Shown: positions 30,750 through 39,944, counted from the first letter of the stretch. The stretch: DNA of 42,348 bases from Actinomycetota bacterium (GCA_002861595.1 PJQG01000076.1:28276-70623), one strand, 5' to 3'. Notes: generated from the letters alone by a model not told the origin. A program made the numbers and translations.

Positions 30750-31223
30750 TCAGCTGCCGACGTCGACGATCTCCACCTTGAGCGTGCCGCTGGGGGCGTC
30801 GTACTCGACGACGTCGCCCTGGCGGCTCCCGAGCAGCGCCTGGCCCAGGGGCGACGCGGGTGAGGCGATGGCCACGCCCTCGACTCGCTCCTCGATCGAG
30901 CCGATCAGGTAGCGCTCCACCTCGTCGTCGCCTTCATAGCGGACCGAGACGACGGAACCGGGCTGGACGCTGCCCCCCGCCTCCCCCGTGCCGTGGTCGA
31001 CGATCTGGGCCTCCGCCAACAGGCGCTCGATCTGTCGCACCCGGGCCTCCATCTTGCCCTGGCTGTCCTTGGCCGCGTGGTAGTCGCCGTTCTCGCTGAG
31101 ATCACCGAGGGCCCGTGCCGCCTCGATGGCCCGAGCGATCTCCACCCGCCCTCGTGTGGTCAGGTCCTCCAGCTCGGCCCGGAGGCGGTCGTGAGCCTCC
31201 CTGGACAGATGCGTCTCGCTCAT
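30750..31223 (-). CDS. greA: Transcription elongation factor GreA
   Basis: GDLSENGDYHAAK, SPASPLGQALLG; TACCCT-6 nt-ATG. Confidence 0.96.
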   Translation of the reverse strand: MSETHLSREAHDRLRAELEDLTTRGRVEIARAIEAARALGDLSENGDYHAAKDSQGKMEARVRQIERLLAEAQIVDHGTGEAGGSVQPGSVVSVRYEGDDEVERYLIGSIEERVEGVAIASPASPLGQALLGSRQGDVVEYDAPSGTLKVEIVDVGS

Positions 31224-31291
31224 GAGACGAGGGTACCCCTCCCGCAGGTGGGCGCCGACCGCCGCCACCGGGCTACGGGTACTGTGCCGCG

Positions 31292-32086
31292 ATGGACGAC
31301 GCCGAGGTGCTGGCTGCCTTCGCCGGCAATGGCGCACGCAAGGCCTTCGGGCCGATGCTGCACATCGAGGGCGACAACCTGTACCTCGACGGCTGGTGGC
31401 AGGCGTCGCTGCGTATCGCCGACGACACCTTCATCGTCCGCGACGAGCAGCCGCCGGTGGACACCACCCTCATGGCCGACCTGCAGGCCGCCCTCACCGG
31501 GAAAGGTCTTCAGCAGGTGGGGGCCGACCTCCCCGGCGTCACCATGATCACCTACACCGAGTTCACCCTGGGCGGCGCTTCGTGGATCGTGTGGGCTCCC
31601 GACCTGGCCACGGCCGAGGCCAACCTCAACGCCCGGGTGACGCGCGAGACCTTCTTCGAGCCCGCCGAATCGGCCGAGGCGGGCCTGGTGGGCGACGAGG
31701 CCCACCTCGTCGGCTCCAGCGCCGAGCTGGGCGGCGCCCGACGGGTGGCCGGCCTGCCGCCGGCGCTGGTGCTCGCCGTCGGTGTCTCCGATGAGACGGC
31801 CGCGCAGCTCGACACCGTGCTGGATGGCTGCTCCGTCAAGACCGTCTCCTTCGCGGCCGGGCTCGACACCTGCAGCAGCATCATCCCCACGCTGATCGTC
31901 GTCGACGCCACCGACCAGACCGGCCGGGAGTTCATCATGGAGCTGCGGGCCGCGGCCTGCGGCCGGTTCATCCCCGTGGCCGCGCTGGCCGAAGGCGGCG
32001 ACGTCCCCCTCGGGGCCGAGGCGGTGCTGGACCCAGCGGCCGAGCCCGCCTCCTGGGTGGCGCCCATCCGTGACCTGCTGCCCTGA
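31292..32086 (+). CDS. Hypothetical protein with a C-terminal degenerate receiver-like domain
   Basis: Strong GC3 bias; PTLIVVD...GREFIMELR...IPVAALA...GAEAVL resembles a REC fold. Confidence 0.7.
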   Translation: MDDAEVLAAFAGNGARKAFGPMLHIEGDNLYLDGWWQASLRIADDTFIVRDEQPPVDTTLMADLQAALTGKGLQQVGADLPGVTMITYTEFTLGGASWIVWAPDLATAEANLNARVTRETFFEPAESAEAGLVGDEAHLVGSSAELGGARRVAGLPPALVLAVGVSDETAAQLDTVLDGCSVKTVSFAAGLDTCSSIIPTLIVVDATDQTGREFIMELRAAACGRFIPVAALAEGGDVPLGAEAVLDPAAEPASWVAPIRDLLP

Positions 32087-32162
32087 GGGGCGGGCGGCGC
32101 CAGCCGGGTTCCCCTCGAGCTGCTGGCGCCGGGGTGGTCGGGGCCGGTACAGTAGGAGCGCC

Positions 32163-32201
32163 GTGTCTTTCGCCCTCGCACCCGTAGCCATCATTCCGTA
32201 G
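32163..32201 (+). CDS. leuB-ilvE-cimA leader peptide [12 protein letters not shown]
   Basis: TACAGT -10 at 32148-32153; Leu/Val/Ile/Ile codons; 11-bp hairpin 32200-32225 then a terminator. Confidence 0.8.
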   Translation: MSFALAPVAIIP

Positions 32202-32230
32202 CGCACACCGACTCCGGTGTGCGCTGTTCG

Positions 32231-32260
32231 ACCGTCCACGAAGTGGGCGGTTTTTCATTT
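32231..32260 (+). terminator. leuB attenuator terminator
   Basis: ACCGTCCAC-GAA-GTGGGCGGT then TTTTCATTT. Confidence 0.85.
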
Positions 32261-32271
32261 CTCAGGAGCAT

Positions 32272-33279
32272 GTGTTGGCAGACCACCATCATCGTGTCGC
32301 CGTCATCGCCGGCGACGGCATCGGCCCCGAGGTCCTCGCTGAGGCCCTGAAGGTCGTGCGTGCCTCGGGGGTGGCGCTCGACACCGTGGACTACGACCTG
32401 GGTGGCGCCCGCTACCTGCGCACGGGCGAGACGCTCCCCGACTCGGTGCTCGACGAGCTGGGGCAGGTCGACGCCATCCTCCTCGGGGCCGTCGGCGCCC
32501 CCGACGTCCCCCCCGGTGTCCTCGAGCGGGGCCTGCTCCTGCGCCTGCGTTTCGCCCTCGATCTCTACGTCAACCTGCGCCCCTTCGAGGGCGGCCGACT
32601 CGACTGCGCCGTGGTGCGGGAGAACACCGAGGGAAGCTATGCCGGCGAGGGCGGGGCCCTGCGGCGGGGGACGCCGCACGAGGTGGCCACCCAGGGCTCG
32701 GTCAACACCCGCATGGGCGTGGAGCGCTGCCTGCGCTTCGCCTTCGAGCTGGCCCAGTCGCGAGTCCGCCGCCACCTCACCCTCGTGCACAAGACCAACG
32801 TGCTGACCTTCGCCGGCGACCTCTGGCAGCGGACCTTCGACGAGCTTGCGCCGCAGTTCCCCGACGTGGCCGCGGCGTACAACCACATCGACGCCGCCTG
32901 CATCTACCTGGTCGAATCACCGGAGCGCTACGACGTGGTGGTCACCGACAACCTCTTCGGCGACATCCTCACCGACCTGGCCGGCGCCCTCTCCGGCGGC
33001 ATCGGGTTGGCGGCGTCGGCCAACCTCAACCCGGCCCGCACCGGGCCGTCGCTGTTCGAGCCCGTGCACGGGTCGGCCCCCGACATCGTGGGGACGGGCC
33101 GGGCCAACCCCCTGGCAGCCATCCGGTCGGCGGCCATGATGCTCGACTTCCTGGGCGAGGCCGACGCCGCCGCCCGTATCACCAAGGCGGTCGCCGAGAC
33201 CGCGCCCCTGTCGGTGCCCGGTGCCGGCACCGTCATCACCACCACTCAGCTGGGCGACGCCGTCGCCGAGCGGCTCTAG
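32272..33279 (+). CDS. leuB: 3-isopropylmalate dehydrogenase (actinobacterial type)
   Basis: [40 protein letters not shown]. Confidence 0.95.
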   Translation: MLADHHHRVAVIAGDGIGPEVLAEALKVVRASGVALDTVDYDLGGARYLRTGETLPDSVLDELGQVDAILLGAVGAPDVPPGVLERGLLLRLRFALDLYVNLRPFEGGRLDCAVVRENTEGSYAGEGGALRRGTPHEVATQGSVNTRMGVERCLRFAFELAQSRVRRHLTLVHKTNVLTFAGDLWQRTFDELAPQFPDVAAAYNHIDAACIYLVESPERYDVVVTDNLFGDILTDLAGALSGGIGLAASANLNPARTGPSLFEPVHGSAPDIVGTGRANPLAAIRSAAMMLDFLGEADAAARITKAVAETAPLSVPGAGTVITTTQLGDAVAERL

Positions 33280-33295
33280 GCCCAGGAGGGACACA

Positions 33296-34216
33296 ATGCC
33301 ACTTCAGACCGTGGACAAGATCTGGATGGACGGCGCGCTGGTGGACTGGAAGGACGCCAACGTGCACATCCTCACCCACTCGCTGCACTACGGCTACGGG
33401 GTCTTCGAAGGCATTCGGGCCTACGCCACCAGCCAGGGGCCGGCGGTGTTCCGCCTGACCGACCACATCGAGCGGCTGTTCAACAGCGCCCGCATCTTCC
33501 TGATCGACATCCCCTTCACAGCGGAGCAGCTCATCGAGGCGACCAAGGACACGGTGCGGGTCAACGGCCTCGAGTCCTGCTACATCCGGCCCCTGGTGTA
33601 CCTGGGCTACGGCGAGATGGGGCTCAACCCGCTGCCCTGCCCGGTCAACGTGGCCATCGCCGTGTGGCCGTGGGGCACCTACCTGGGCGACGAGGCCCTG
33701 GAGCGCGGCGCCCGGATGAAGATCAGCTCGTGGCAGCGCCACGACCCCAACGCCATCCCCCCCGCGGCCAAGGGGACCGGCATGTACATCAACTCCTCGC
33801 TGGCCAAGGTCGAGGCGCTGAAGGCGGGCTACGACGAGGCCATCCTGATGTCGCCCCAGGGCTACGTGAGCGAGTGCACGGGCGAGAACGTCTTCGTGGT
33901 CAAGAACGGCCGCATCATCACCCCGCCCGCCAGCGCCGGCGCCCTCGAGGGCATCACCCAGGAGTCGGTGATGACCATCGCCCGTGACCTCGGCATCGAG
34001 TGCGAGGTCGGCCACATCCTGCGCAGCGACCTGTACACCGCCGACGAGGCCTTCTGCTCGGGCACGGCGGCCGAGGTCGTGCCCATCCGCTCGGTCGACG
34101 ACCGCGAGATCGGCCCGCGCGGGCCCATCACCACCAAGATCCAGGAGACCTTCTTCGCCACCGTGAAGGGCGAGGTCGACCGCTACAAGAACTGGCTGGA
34201 GCACGTCGATGCCTGA
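33296..34216 (+). CDS. ilvE: Branched-chain amino acid aminotransferase
   Basis: LHYG..VFEGIRAY, FRL, AKGTG.Y, ECTGEN, LEGIT, GTAAEV. Confidence 0.96.
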   Translation: MPLQTVDKIWMDGALVDWKDANVHILTHSLHYGYGVFEGIRAYATSQGPAVFRLTDHIERLFNSARIFLIDIPFTAEQLIEATKDTVRVNGLESCYIRPLVYLGYGEMGLNPLPCPVNVAIAVWPWGTYLGDEALERGARMKISSWQRHDPNAIPPAAKGTGMYINSSLAKVEALKAGYDEAILMSPQGYVSECTGENVFVVKNGRIITPPASAGALEGITQESVMTIARDLGIECEVGHILRSDLYTADEAFCSGTAAEVVPIRSVDDREIGPRGPITTKIQETFFATVKGEVDRYKNWLEHVDA

Positions 34217-36017
34217 GACTGTGTCTTCATCCCCGGCGGGGCCCCAACCCCGCCTCCTCGCTGAAGGCGGGGGCCCCGACCCCGCCCAGCGCCGTACGTC
34301 TGAGAACCCGGCGGGGCCCCAACCCCGCCTCCTCGCTGAAGGCGGGGGCCCCGACCCCGCCCAGCGCCGTACGCCCGCCGCCGTCGAGATCTACGACACC
34401 ACGCTGCGCGACGGCAGCCAGCGTGAGGGCATGTCCCTCACCGTCGAGGACAAGCTGCGGGTGGCCGAGCAGCTTGACCACCTGGGCGTGCACTACATCG
34501 AGGGCGGCTGGCCCGGCGCCAACCCCAAGGACGAGGAGTTCTTCGCGCGGGCGCCGTCGGAGCTGTCGCTGTCGACCTCCACCCTGGTCGCCTTCGGCTC
34601 CACCCGCCGGGCCGGGGCCAAGGCCGACGACGACGAGACCCTGCGCAACCTGGCCAAGGCCAACACCTCCACGGTGTGCATCGTGGCCAAGTCGTGGGAC
34701 TACCACGTGACCGAGGCGCTGCGCACGACCCTGGACGAGGCCGTGCGCATGGTCGCCGACTCGGTGGAGTTCCTGCGGGGCGCCGGCCTGCGCGTGTTCC
34801 TCGATGCCGAGCACTTCTTCGACGGCTACCTGCGGAACCCTGAGTTCAGCCTCTCGGTGCTGCGGGCGGCAGAGGACGCCGGCGTCGAGGCCCTGGTGCT
34901 GTGCGACACCAACGGCGGCACCCTGCCCCATGACGCCGAGCGGGTGGTCGGCGAGGTCGTGGGCCGCTTCGGGGTTCCCATCGGTGTGCACTTCCACGAC
35001 GACGGCGGGTGCGCGGTGGCCAACAGCCTGGCCGGCGTGCGCCAGGGCGCCACCCAGGTGCAGGGCTGCGTGAACGGGTACGGGGAGCGCACGGGCAACG
35101 CCAACCTGTGCACGATCATCCCCGACCTGACCCTCAAGATGGGCGTGAGGACGATCCCGGCGGACCGCCTGGAGCGCCTCACGCCGGTGGCCCACCACGT
35201 GGCCGAGCTGGTCAACATCACGCCCGACCCCCAGCAGCCGTTCGTGGGCCCCTCGGCCTTCGCCCACAAGGCCGGCCTGCACACCTCGGCCATCGCCCGG
35301 GCCCGCGACGCCTACGAGCACGTCGACCCCGACCTGGTCGGCAACGGCACCCGTTTCGTGGTCAGCGAGCTGGCCGGCCGTTCCACCCTGCAGTTCAAGG
35401 CCGAGGAGCTGGGACTGGACATGGACGGGGTGGCGCTGGGCCGCGTGCTGGAGCAGCTCAAGGACCTGGAGCACCGTGGCTACCACTTCGAGGCGGCCGA
35501 CGGGTCGCTGGAGCTGCTGATGCGCGGGGCCACGGGGTGGGAGCAGGCGTTCTTCCGCCTGGAGTCGTTCCGGGTCATCACCGAGCAGCGCGAGGACGGC
35601 CGCTTCGTCACCGAGGCCACCATCAAGGTGCACGTGGGCGACGAGCGCATCGTGGCCACGGCCGAGGGCAACGGCCCGGTCAACGCCCTCGACGGGGCCC
35701 TGCGCCGGGCCATGGCCGAGCGGTTCCCCGGCCTGGCCCAGCTCCACCTCACCGACTACAAGGTGCGGGTGCTGGACACGTCCAAGGGCACCGCCGCGGT
35801 CACCCGCGTGCTCATCGACTCCACCGACGGGGAGCGGTCGTGGTCCACCATCGGCGTGTCGGAGAACATCATCGAGGCGTCCTGGCAGGCGCTGGCCGAC
35901 AGCGTCGTCTACGGCCTCCTCAACCTCACCGATGACGAACATGGTGAGGAAAGCGGCGCCAGGGCGCCGCTTTCCGGTACAGGTACTGCAGCGACGAGCG
36001 CCGACGGGGCAGACTGA
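34209..36017 (+). CDS. cimA: Citramalate synthase with a repeat-derived N-terminal extension
   Basis: YDTTLRDGSQREG, EGGWPGANPKD, DAEHFFDGY, AHKAGLH, GNGPVNALD, DYKVR. Confidence 0.93.
   Translation: MPETVSSSPAGPQPRLLAEGGGPDPAQRRTSENPAGPQPRLLAEGGGPDPAQRRTPAAVEIYDTTLRDGSQREGMSLTVEDKLRVAEQLDHLGVHYIEGGWPGANPKDEEFFARAPSELSLSTSTLVAFGSTRRAGAKADDDETLRNLAKANTSTVCIVAKSWDYHVTEALRTTLDEAVRMVADSVEFLRGAGLRVFLDAEHFFDGYLRNPEFSLSVLRAAEDAGVEALVLCDTNGGTLPHDAERVVGEVVGRFGVPIGVHFHDDGGCAVANSLAGVRQGATQVQGCVNGYGERTGNANLCTIIPDLTLKMGVRTIPADRLERLTPVAHHVAELVNITPDPQQPFVGPSAFAHKAGLHTSAIARARDAYEHVDPDLVGNGTRFVVSELAGRSTLQFKAEELGLDMDGVALGRVLEQLKDLEHRGYHFEAADGSLELLMRGATGWEQAFFRLESFRVITEQREDGRFVTEATIKVHVGDERIVATAEGNGPVNALDGALRRAMAERFPGLAQLHLTDYKVRVLDTSKGTAAVTRVLIDSTDGERSWSTIGVSENIIEASWQALADSVVYGLLNLTDDEHGEESGARAPLSGTGTAATSADGAD
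34232..34373 (+). repeat. Two identical 67-bp coding palindromic elements in tandem (34232-34298, 34307-34373; period 75 bp)
   Basis: Encodes [22 protein letters not shown] twice; inverted relative to the gatB/leuC sense copies. Confidence 0.95.
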
Positions 36018-36022
36018 GCCTC

Positions 36023-36535
36023 GTGGCCCAGCCCGAGTACGTCCCGCTCTCCGCCGCCGACCGGGTGCGCCCGGCCGAGCGCCTTCCCCAGCACGGCGGC
36101 TGGCGCCAGGACCGCCCGGCAGAGATCACCGAGTTCGGCCCACCCACCGGGAGGTTGTTCGGCAAGCCCGGCCCGGACCAGGGGTACGCCCTCAGGCTGG
36201 CCAAGGGGTTCAGCGACCGCCTGCAGCTGGCGCCAGGAGAGCATGTCGAGGACGCCATCAGCGGCTGTCTCGGCGCGGCCCTGCGGCGGGCCTCGATGTT
36301 CGGCCGGGCGCCGGTCGTCCACGACCTCACGCTCGCCTTCACCCTGTGGGGGTTCCTCGGTGACGCGCCCGCCGATCTCATCGAGTTCCGCACGCCGCTG
36401 TTCCAGGCCGTCTCCCACGACTACCCCCGCCAGCGGCAGATCGTCGACCGGGTAGCTGAAACGACGCTTCGGCTGACGCCGGCCGAGGTGGCCGAGCAGG
36501 TGGCGGCGGACTGGCGGAGCCTCCTGGTCTGGTGA
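36023..36535 (+). CDS. Hypothetical protein
   Basis: Clean ORF with PGPDQGYAL and RRAS.FGRAP motifs; coupled to the next gene. Confidence 0.75.
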   Translation: MAQPEYVPLSAADRVRPAERLPQHGGWRQDRPAEITEFGPPTGRLFGKPGPDQGYALRLAKGFSDRLQLAPGEHVEDAISGCLGAALRRASMFGRAPVVHDLTLAFTLWGFLGDAPADLIEFRTPLFQAVSHDYPRQRQIVDRVAETTLRLTPAEVAEQVAADWRSLLVW

Positions 36536-37398
36536 GCGCCGGCGGAGTCGTCGAGGAAATCGAGCTCCCGGCCGGGAACTGGCGCTTCCGCGGCTTGGCC
36601 GCCGGCCCGGTGGACGGGCGTCTCGTGCTGCTCCTCCACGGTTTCCCGCAGAGCTCGCAGGAGTGGCGCCACCAGCTCGTCGCCCTCGGCGACGCCGGGT
36701 ACCGAGCCGTCGCTTTCGACCAGCGCGGGTACTCCCCGGGGGCCCGCCCCGAGGGCGTCGAGCACTACCGCCTCGACCATCTGGTGGCCGACGTGCTGGC
36801 CGTGGCCGACGAGCTCAACGGCCACCAGGTCGACCTGGTCGGCCACGACTGGGGCGCGGCCGTTGCCTGGCAGCTCGCCGGCCGGTACCCCGAGCGCCTG
36901 CGCAGCCTCACGGCCGTCTCCGTGTCCCACGGCGCAGCTTTCCGGGCCGCCCTGAACAGCGCCTCCGGGGACCAGGCCCGGCGGTCGTCCTACATCGCCT
37001 TCTTCCAGCAGGAGGGGACGGCGGAGGAGGTGCTGCTGGCCGACGACGGCGCCGGCCTGCGCCGCCTGTTCGAGGCCACCGCCTTCCCGGGCGACCCTGG
37101 CCCGTACATCGCCTTGATGCAGGAGCCGGGGGCGCTCACCGCCGCTTTGAGCTGGTACCGGGCGCTGTTCGCCGGCGGTGTCGGCCCGATGGGGGCTGTC
37201 TCCGTTCCCACGCTCTATGTGTGGAGCGACCAGGACCCGGCCATCGGCCGGGAGGCGGCCGAGGGCACGGCCGCGCACGTGGAGGGCCCCTACCGCTTCG
37301 AGGTGCTCGCCGGCGTGAGCCACTGGGTCCCCGAGGCCGCCCCCGACGAGCTCAACCGCCTGCTCCTGGACCACCTCGCCGCGGTTGGGAGTACATAG
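36532..37398 (+). CDS. Alpha/beta hydrolase (epoxide hydrolase-like)
   Basis: HGFP, DQRGYS, GHDWG, SHWVPE. Confidence 0.92.
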   Translation: MSAGGVVEEIELPAGNWRFRGLAAGPVDGRLVLLLHGFPQSSQEWRHQLVALGDAGYRAVAFDQRGYSPGARPEGVEHYRLDHLVADVLAVADELNGHQVDLVGHDWGAAVAWQLAGRYPERLRSLTAVSVSHGAAFRAALNSASGDQARRSSYIAFFQQEGTAEEVLLADDGAGLRRLFEATAFPGDPGPYIALMQEPGALTAALSWYRALFAGGVGPMGAVSVPTLYVWSDQDPAIGREAAEGTAAHVEGPYRFEVLAGVSHWVPEAAPDELNRLLLDHLAAVGST

Positions 37399-37430
37399 CG
37401 GGCGGTTTCGGCCCGCTATGTACTCGCAAC
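37384..37430. repeat. REP-like palindrome, copy 2 (perfect 15-bp stem 37389-37403/37411-37425)
   Basis: GAGTACATAGCGGGC-N7-GCCCGCTATGTACTC; supplies the hydrolase TAG stop. Confidence 0.9.
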
Positions 37431-37447
37431 GGGCGCGCTATCGGTGA

Positions 37448-37672
37448 TCAGTAGGGCTCGACCTCCTCCCGCCGATAGAGCTCGACATCGGAACCAGGGC
37501 GCCGGCGCCGGCGCTGCCTCCGCTCGCTGCGGGCCCGCAGGCGCCAGGCGGCCAGCACCAGAATGGCGGCGACCAGCGCCAGCCAGCCGGCGACGAAGGC
37601 GACCGTGAGCCACCAGGGCGGCGAGTGGGGCAGCTGGCACTCGCCGGAGCCGAAGCACTGGGCCAGGAGCAC
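37448..37672 (-). CDS. Small single-TM membrane protein
   Basis: Hydrophobic helix followed by an Arg-rich tail; fills the gap before gltX. Confidence 0.55.
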   Translation of the reverse strand: MLLAQCFGSGECQLPHSPPWWLTVAFVAGWLALVAAILVLAAWRLRARSERRQRRRRRPGSDVELYRREEVEPY

Positions 37673-37709
37673 ACGCCATCATCGCACCGCCCGGCGCGAG
37701 ACTGGCCCG

Positions 37710-39122
37710 GTGGCTTCCCCCGCCGTACGCGTGCGCTTCGCGCCTTCGCCCACCGGGTTCTTCCATGTCGGCGGTGCCCGCACGGCGCTGTTCAACTGGC
37801 TGTTCGCCCGCCACCACGGGGGCACCAACGTGTTGCGCATCGAGGACACCGACGCCGAGCGGGGCCGGGAGGAGTGGGTGGCCGGCATCCTCGACGCCCT
37901 CGACTGGATCGGCATCGACTGGGACGAGGGGCCGTTCCGCCAGTCGGAGCGGCGCCACCTCTACCAGAAGGCGGCCGAGCGCCTGTACGCCGAGGGACGG
38001 GCGTACTGGTGCGAGTGCACACGAGCGTCCATCGACGAGCGCACCAAGGCCAACGCCACGGCGACGCCCGGCTATGACGGGTTCTGCCGTGAGCGCGGCC
38101 TGACGGGGGGGGAGGGCCGCGCCCTGCGCTTCCGCACCCCCGACGAGGGAAGCACCGCGGTGGCCGATGTCATCCGGGGTGAGCCGCGGTTCGACCACGC
38201 CAACCTGGAGGACTTCGTCATCCTGCGCTCCGACGGCAGCCCGGTGTTCCTGCTGGCCAACGCCGTGGACGACATCGACATGTCGATCACCCACGTCATC
38301 CGGGGCGAGGACCACCTCTCGAACACGCCCAAGACGCTGCTTCTGTGGGACGCCCTGGACGGAGGGCCCCACCCGGTCTTCGCCCACGTGCCCCTGCTGG
38401 TGAACGAGCGAGGCCAGAAGCTGTCGAAGCGGCGGGACAAGGTGGCGCTGGAGGACTACCGCGACCAGGGGATCCTCCCCGAGGCCATGCGCAACTACCT
38501 CGGCCTGCTGGGCTGGGCACCGGGCGACAACCGCGAGATGCTGTCGGTGCAGGAGATGGTCGCCGAGTTCCGCCTGGAGGACGTGAAGTCCTCGCCCGCC
38601 TTCTTCGACGAGCGCAAGCTGCTCCACTTCAACGGCGAGTACATCCGGGCCCTTCCGGTGGACGAGTTCGTGACGGCGGCCAGACCGTTCCTGGACGCAG
38701 GATCCTGGGCCACCGGCGACTTCGACGAGAGCGCGTTCGAGGCACTGGCCCCGCTCGTGCAGGAGCGGGTGAGGACCCTGGCCGAGGTGCCGGCGATGGT
38801 GGACTTCCTGTTCCTCTCCCAGGCGCCGATCGAGGACAAGGCGTGGGACAAGCGGGTGGTGCGGGGCGCGGCCGCGGCCGAGCTGCTGGCCGGCGCGGCG
38901 GACGCCTATGGCTCATGCGAGTGGTCGGCCACCGCGCTGCACGAGGTGACCGCAACGCTCGGCGAGGCCCACGGGCTCGGCCTGGCCAAGGCCCAGTTCC
39001 CCATCCGGGTGGCGGTCACCGGGCGCGACGTCGGCCCGCCGTTGTTCGAGTCGCTCGTGGTCCTCGGACGGGAGCGATCGCTGGAACGGCTCCGCAGCGC
39101 CCTCGCCCGGCTGGAGGGCTAG
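37710..39122 (+). CDS. gltX: Glutamate--tRNA ligase (probably non-discriminating)
   Basis: [29 protein letters not shown]. Confidence 0.97.
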   Translation: MASPAVRVRFAPSPTGFFHVGGARTALFNWLFARHHGGTNVLRIEDTDAERGREEWVAGILDALDWIGIDWDEGPFRQSERRHLYQKAAERLYAEGRAYWCECTRASIDERTKANATATPGYDGFCRERGLTGGEGRALRFRTPDEGSTAVADVIRGEPRFDHANLEDFVILRSDGSPVFLLANAVDDIDMSITHVIRGEDHLSNTPKTLLLWDALDGGPHPVFAHVPLLVNERGQKLSKRRDKVALEDYRDQGILPEAMRNYLGLLGWAPGDNREMLSVQEMVAEFRLEDVKSSPAFFDERKLLHFNGEYIRALPVDEFVTAARPFLDAGSWATGDFDESAFEALAPLVQERVRTLAEVPAMVDFLFLSQAPIEDKAWDKRVVRGAAAAELLAGAADAYGSCEWSATALHEVTATLGEAHGLGLAKAQFPIRVAVTGRDVGPPLFESLVVLGRERSLERLRSALARLEG

Positions 39123-39128
39123 CAACCG

Positions 39129-39779
39129 TTGTTGCGGCGCACGCTCAAGGTGGGCGCCGTGGTGGTTGCCGCCGCCGTGCTCTATCTGGGGGTCACCTTC
39201 GCCCAGGTGTGGCGGGCGGCGGGGCGCGACCAGGCCCGACGAGCCCAGGCCATCGTGGTGTTCGGCGCCGCCCAGTACGACGGGCGCCCGTCACCCGTCC
39301 TGCGGGCTCGCCTCGACCATGCGCTCGCCCTCTACAAGAAAGGGCTCGCCGACAAGCTCGTGGTGACCGGCGGTCGGGGCGCCGGCGACCGGTTCACCGA
39401 GGCCACGGTCTCGGCCACGTACCTGCTCGAGCGGGGAGTGCCCGAATCGGCCCTGCTGCGTGAAGTCTCCGGGCGCAACTCGTGGCAGTCGCTGGCGTCG
39501 GCAGCCAACTTCCTCAAGCACCGGGACCCGCCCATCACCGAGGTGCTGCTGGTCTCCGACGGCTATCACTCGGCCCGCATCGCCGCCATCGCCAAGGAGC
39601 TCGATCTCCACGCTCACACCTCGCCCGCTCGGGGCTCGCCCACCCATGGTGCGGCGAAGATGGTCCACCTGGGCAAGGAGACCCTCGCGGTGGCGGCCGG
39701 TCGCATCCTCGGGTTCCGCCGCGTGGCCGGGATCGACAGGCGCATCGACGAGGTCGAGCGGCGGGTGAAGAGCGGCTAG
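39129..39779 (+). CDS. YdcF/DUF218-family protein
   Basis: AIVVFGAA, RLDHA, VTGG, TEA, LVSDGYH..R. Confidence 0.88.
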   Translation: MLRRTLKVGAVVVAAAVLYLGVTFAQVWRAAGRDQARRAQAIVVFGAAQYDGRPSPVLRARLDHALALYKKGLADKLVVTGGRGAGDRFTEATVSATYLLERGVPESALLREVSGRNSWQSLASAANFLKHRDPPITEVLLVSDGYHSARIAAIAKELDLHAHTSPARGSPTHGAAKMVHLGKETLAVAAGRILGFRRVAGIDRRIDEVERRVKSG

Positions 39780-39797
39780 TCTCGGGCAATCGCCCGT

Positions 39798-39869
39798 TCG
39801 GGGGTGGTGTAATCGGCAACACAGCAGGTTCTGGCCCTGTCGTTGGGGGTTCGAGTCCTCCCCCCCGAG
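39798..39869 (+). tRNA. tRNA-Gln (anticodon CTG), CCA not encoded
   Basis: Cloverleaf: TCGGGGG/CCCCCGA acceptor (U1-A72), GCAGG-TT-CTG-GC-CCTGT anticodon arm, GGTTCGAGTCC T arm. Confidence 0.96.
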
Positions 39870-39944
39870 CAAGCACTGCGCAAGGCAGGAAGGCCCCGGT
39901 CACGGGCGTGGGTTCCGGCGCCGCTGCGCATCGGCGGTACGCGC

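Noticed and set aside
31213-31228. GTCTC-N6-GAGAC palindrome over the greA start as a second IclR site
   Set aside because: Spacing is one base shorter than the leuC site and there is no functional link.
32095-32131. 10-bp-arm inverted repeat after the 31292 gene
   Set aside because: Plausible ordinary U-less terminator; single copy in the window.
34232-34373. CRISPR interpretation of the cimA and gatB repeats
   Set aside because: Only two units per locus, an 8-bp spacer in cimA, in frame within genes, and no cas genes.
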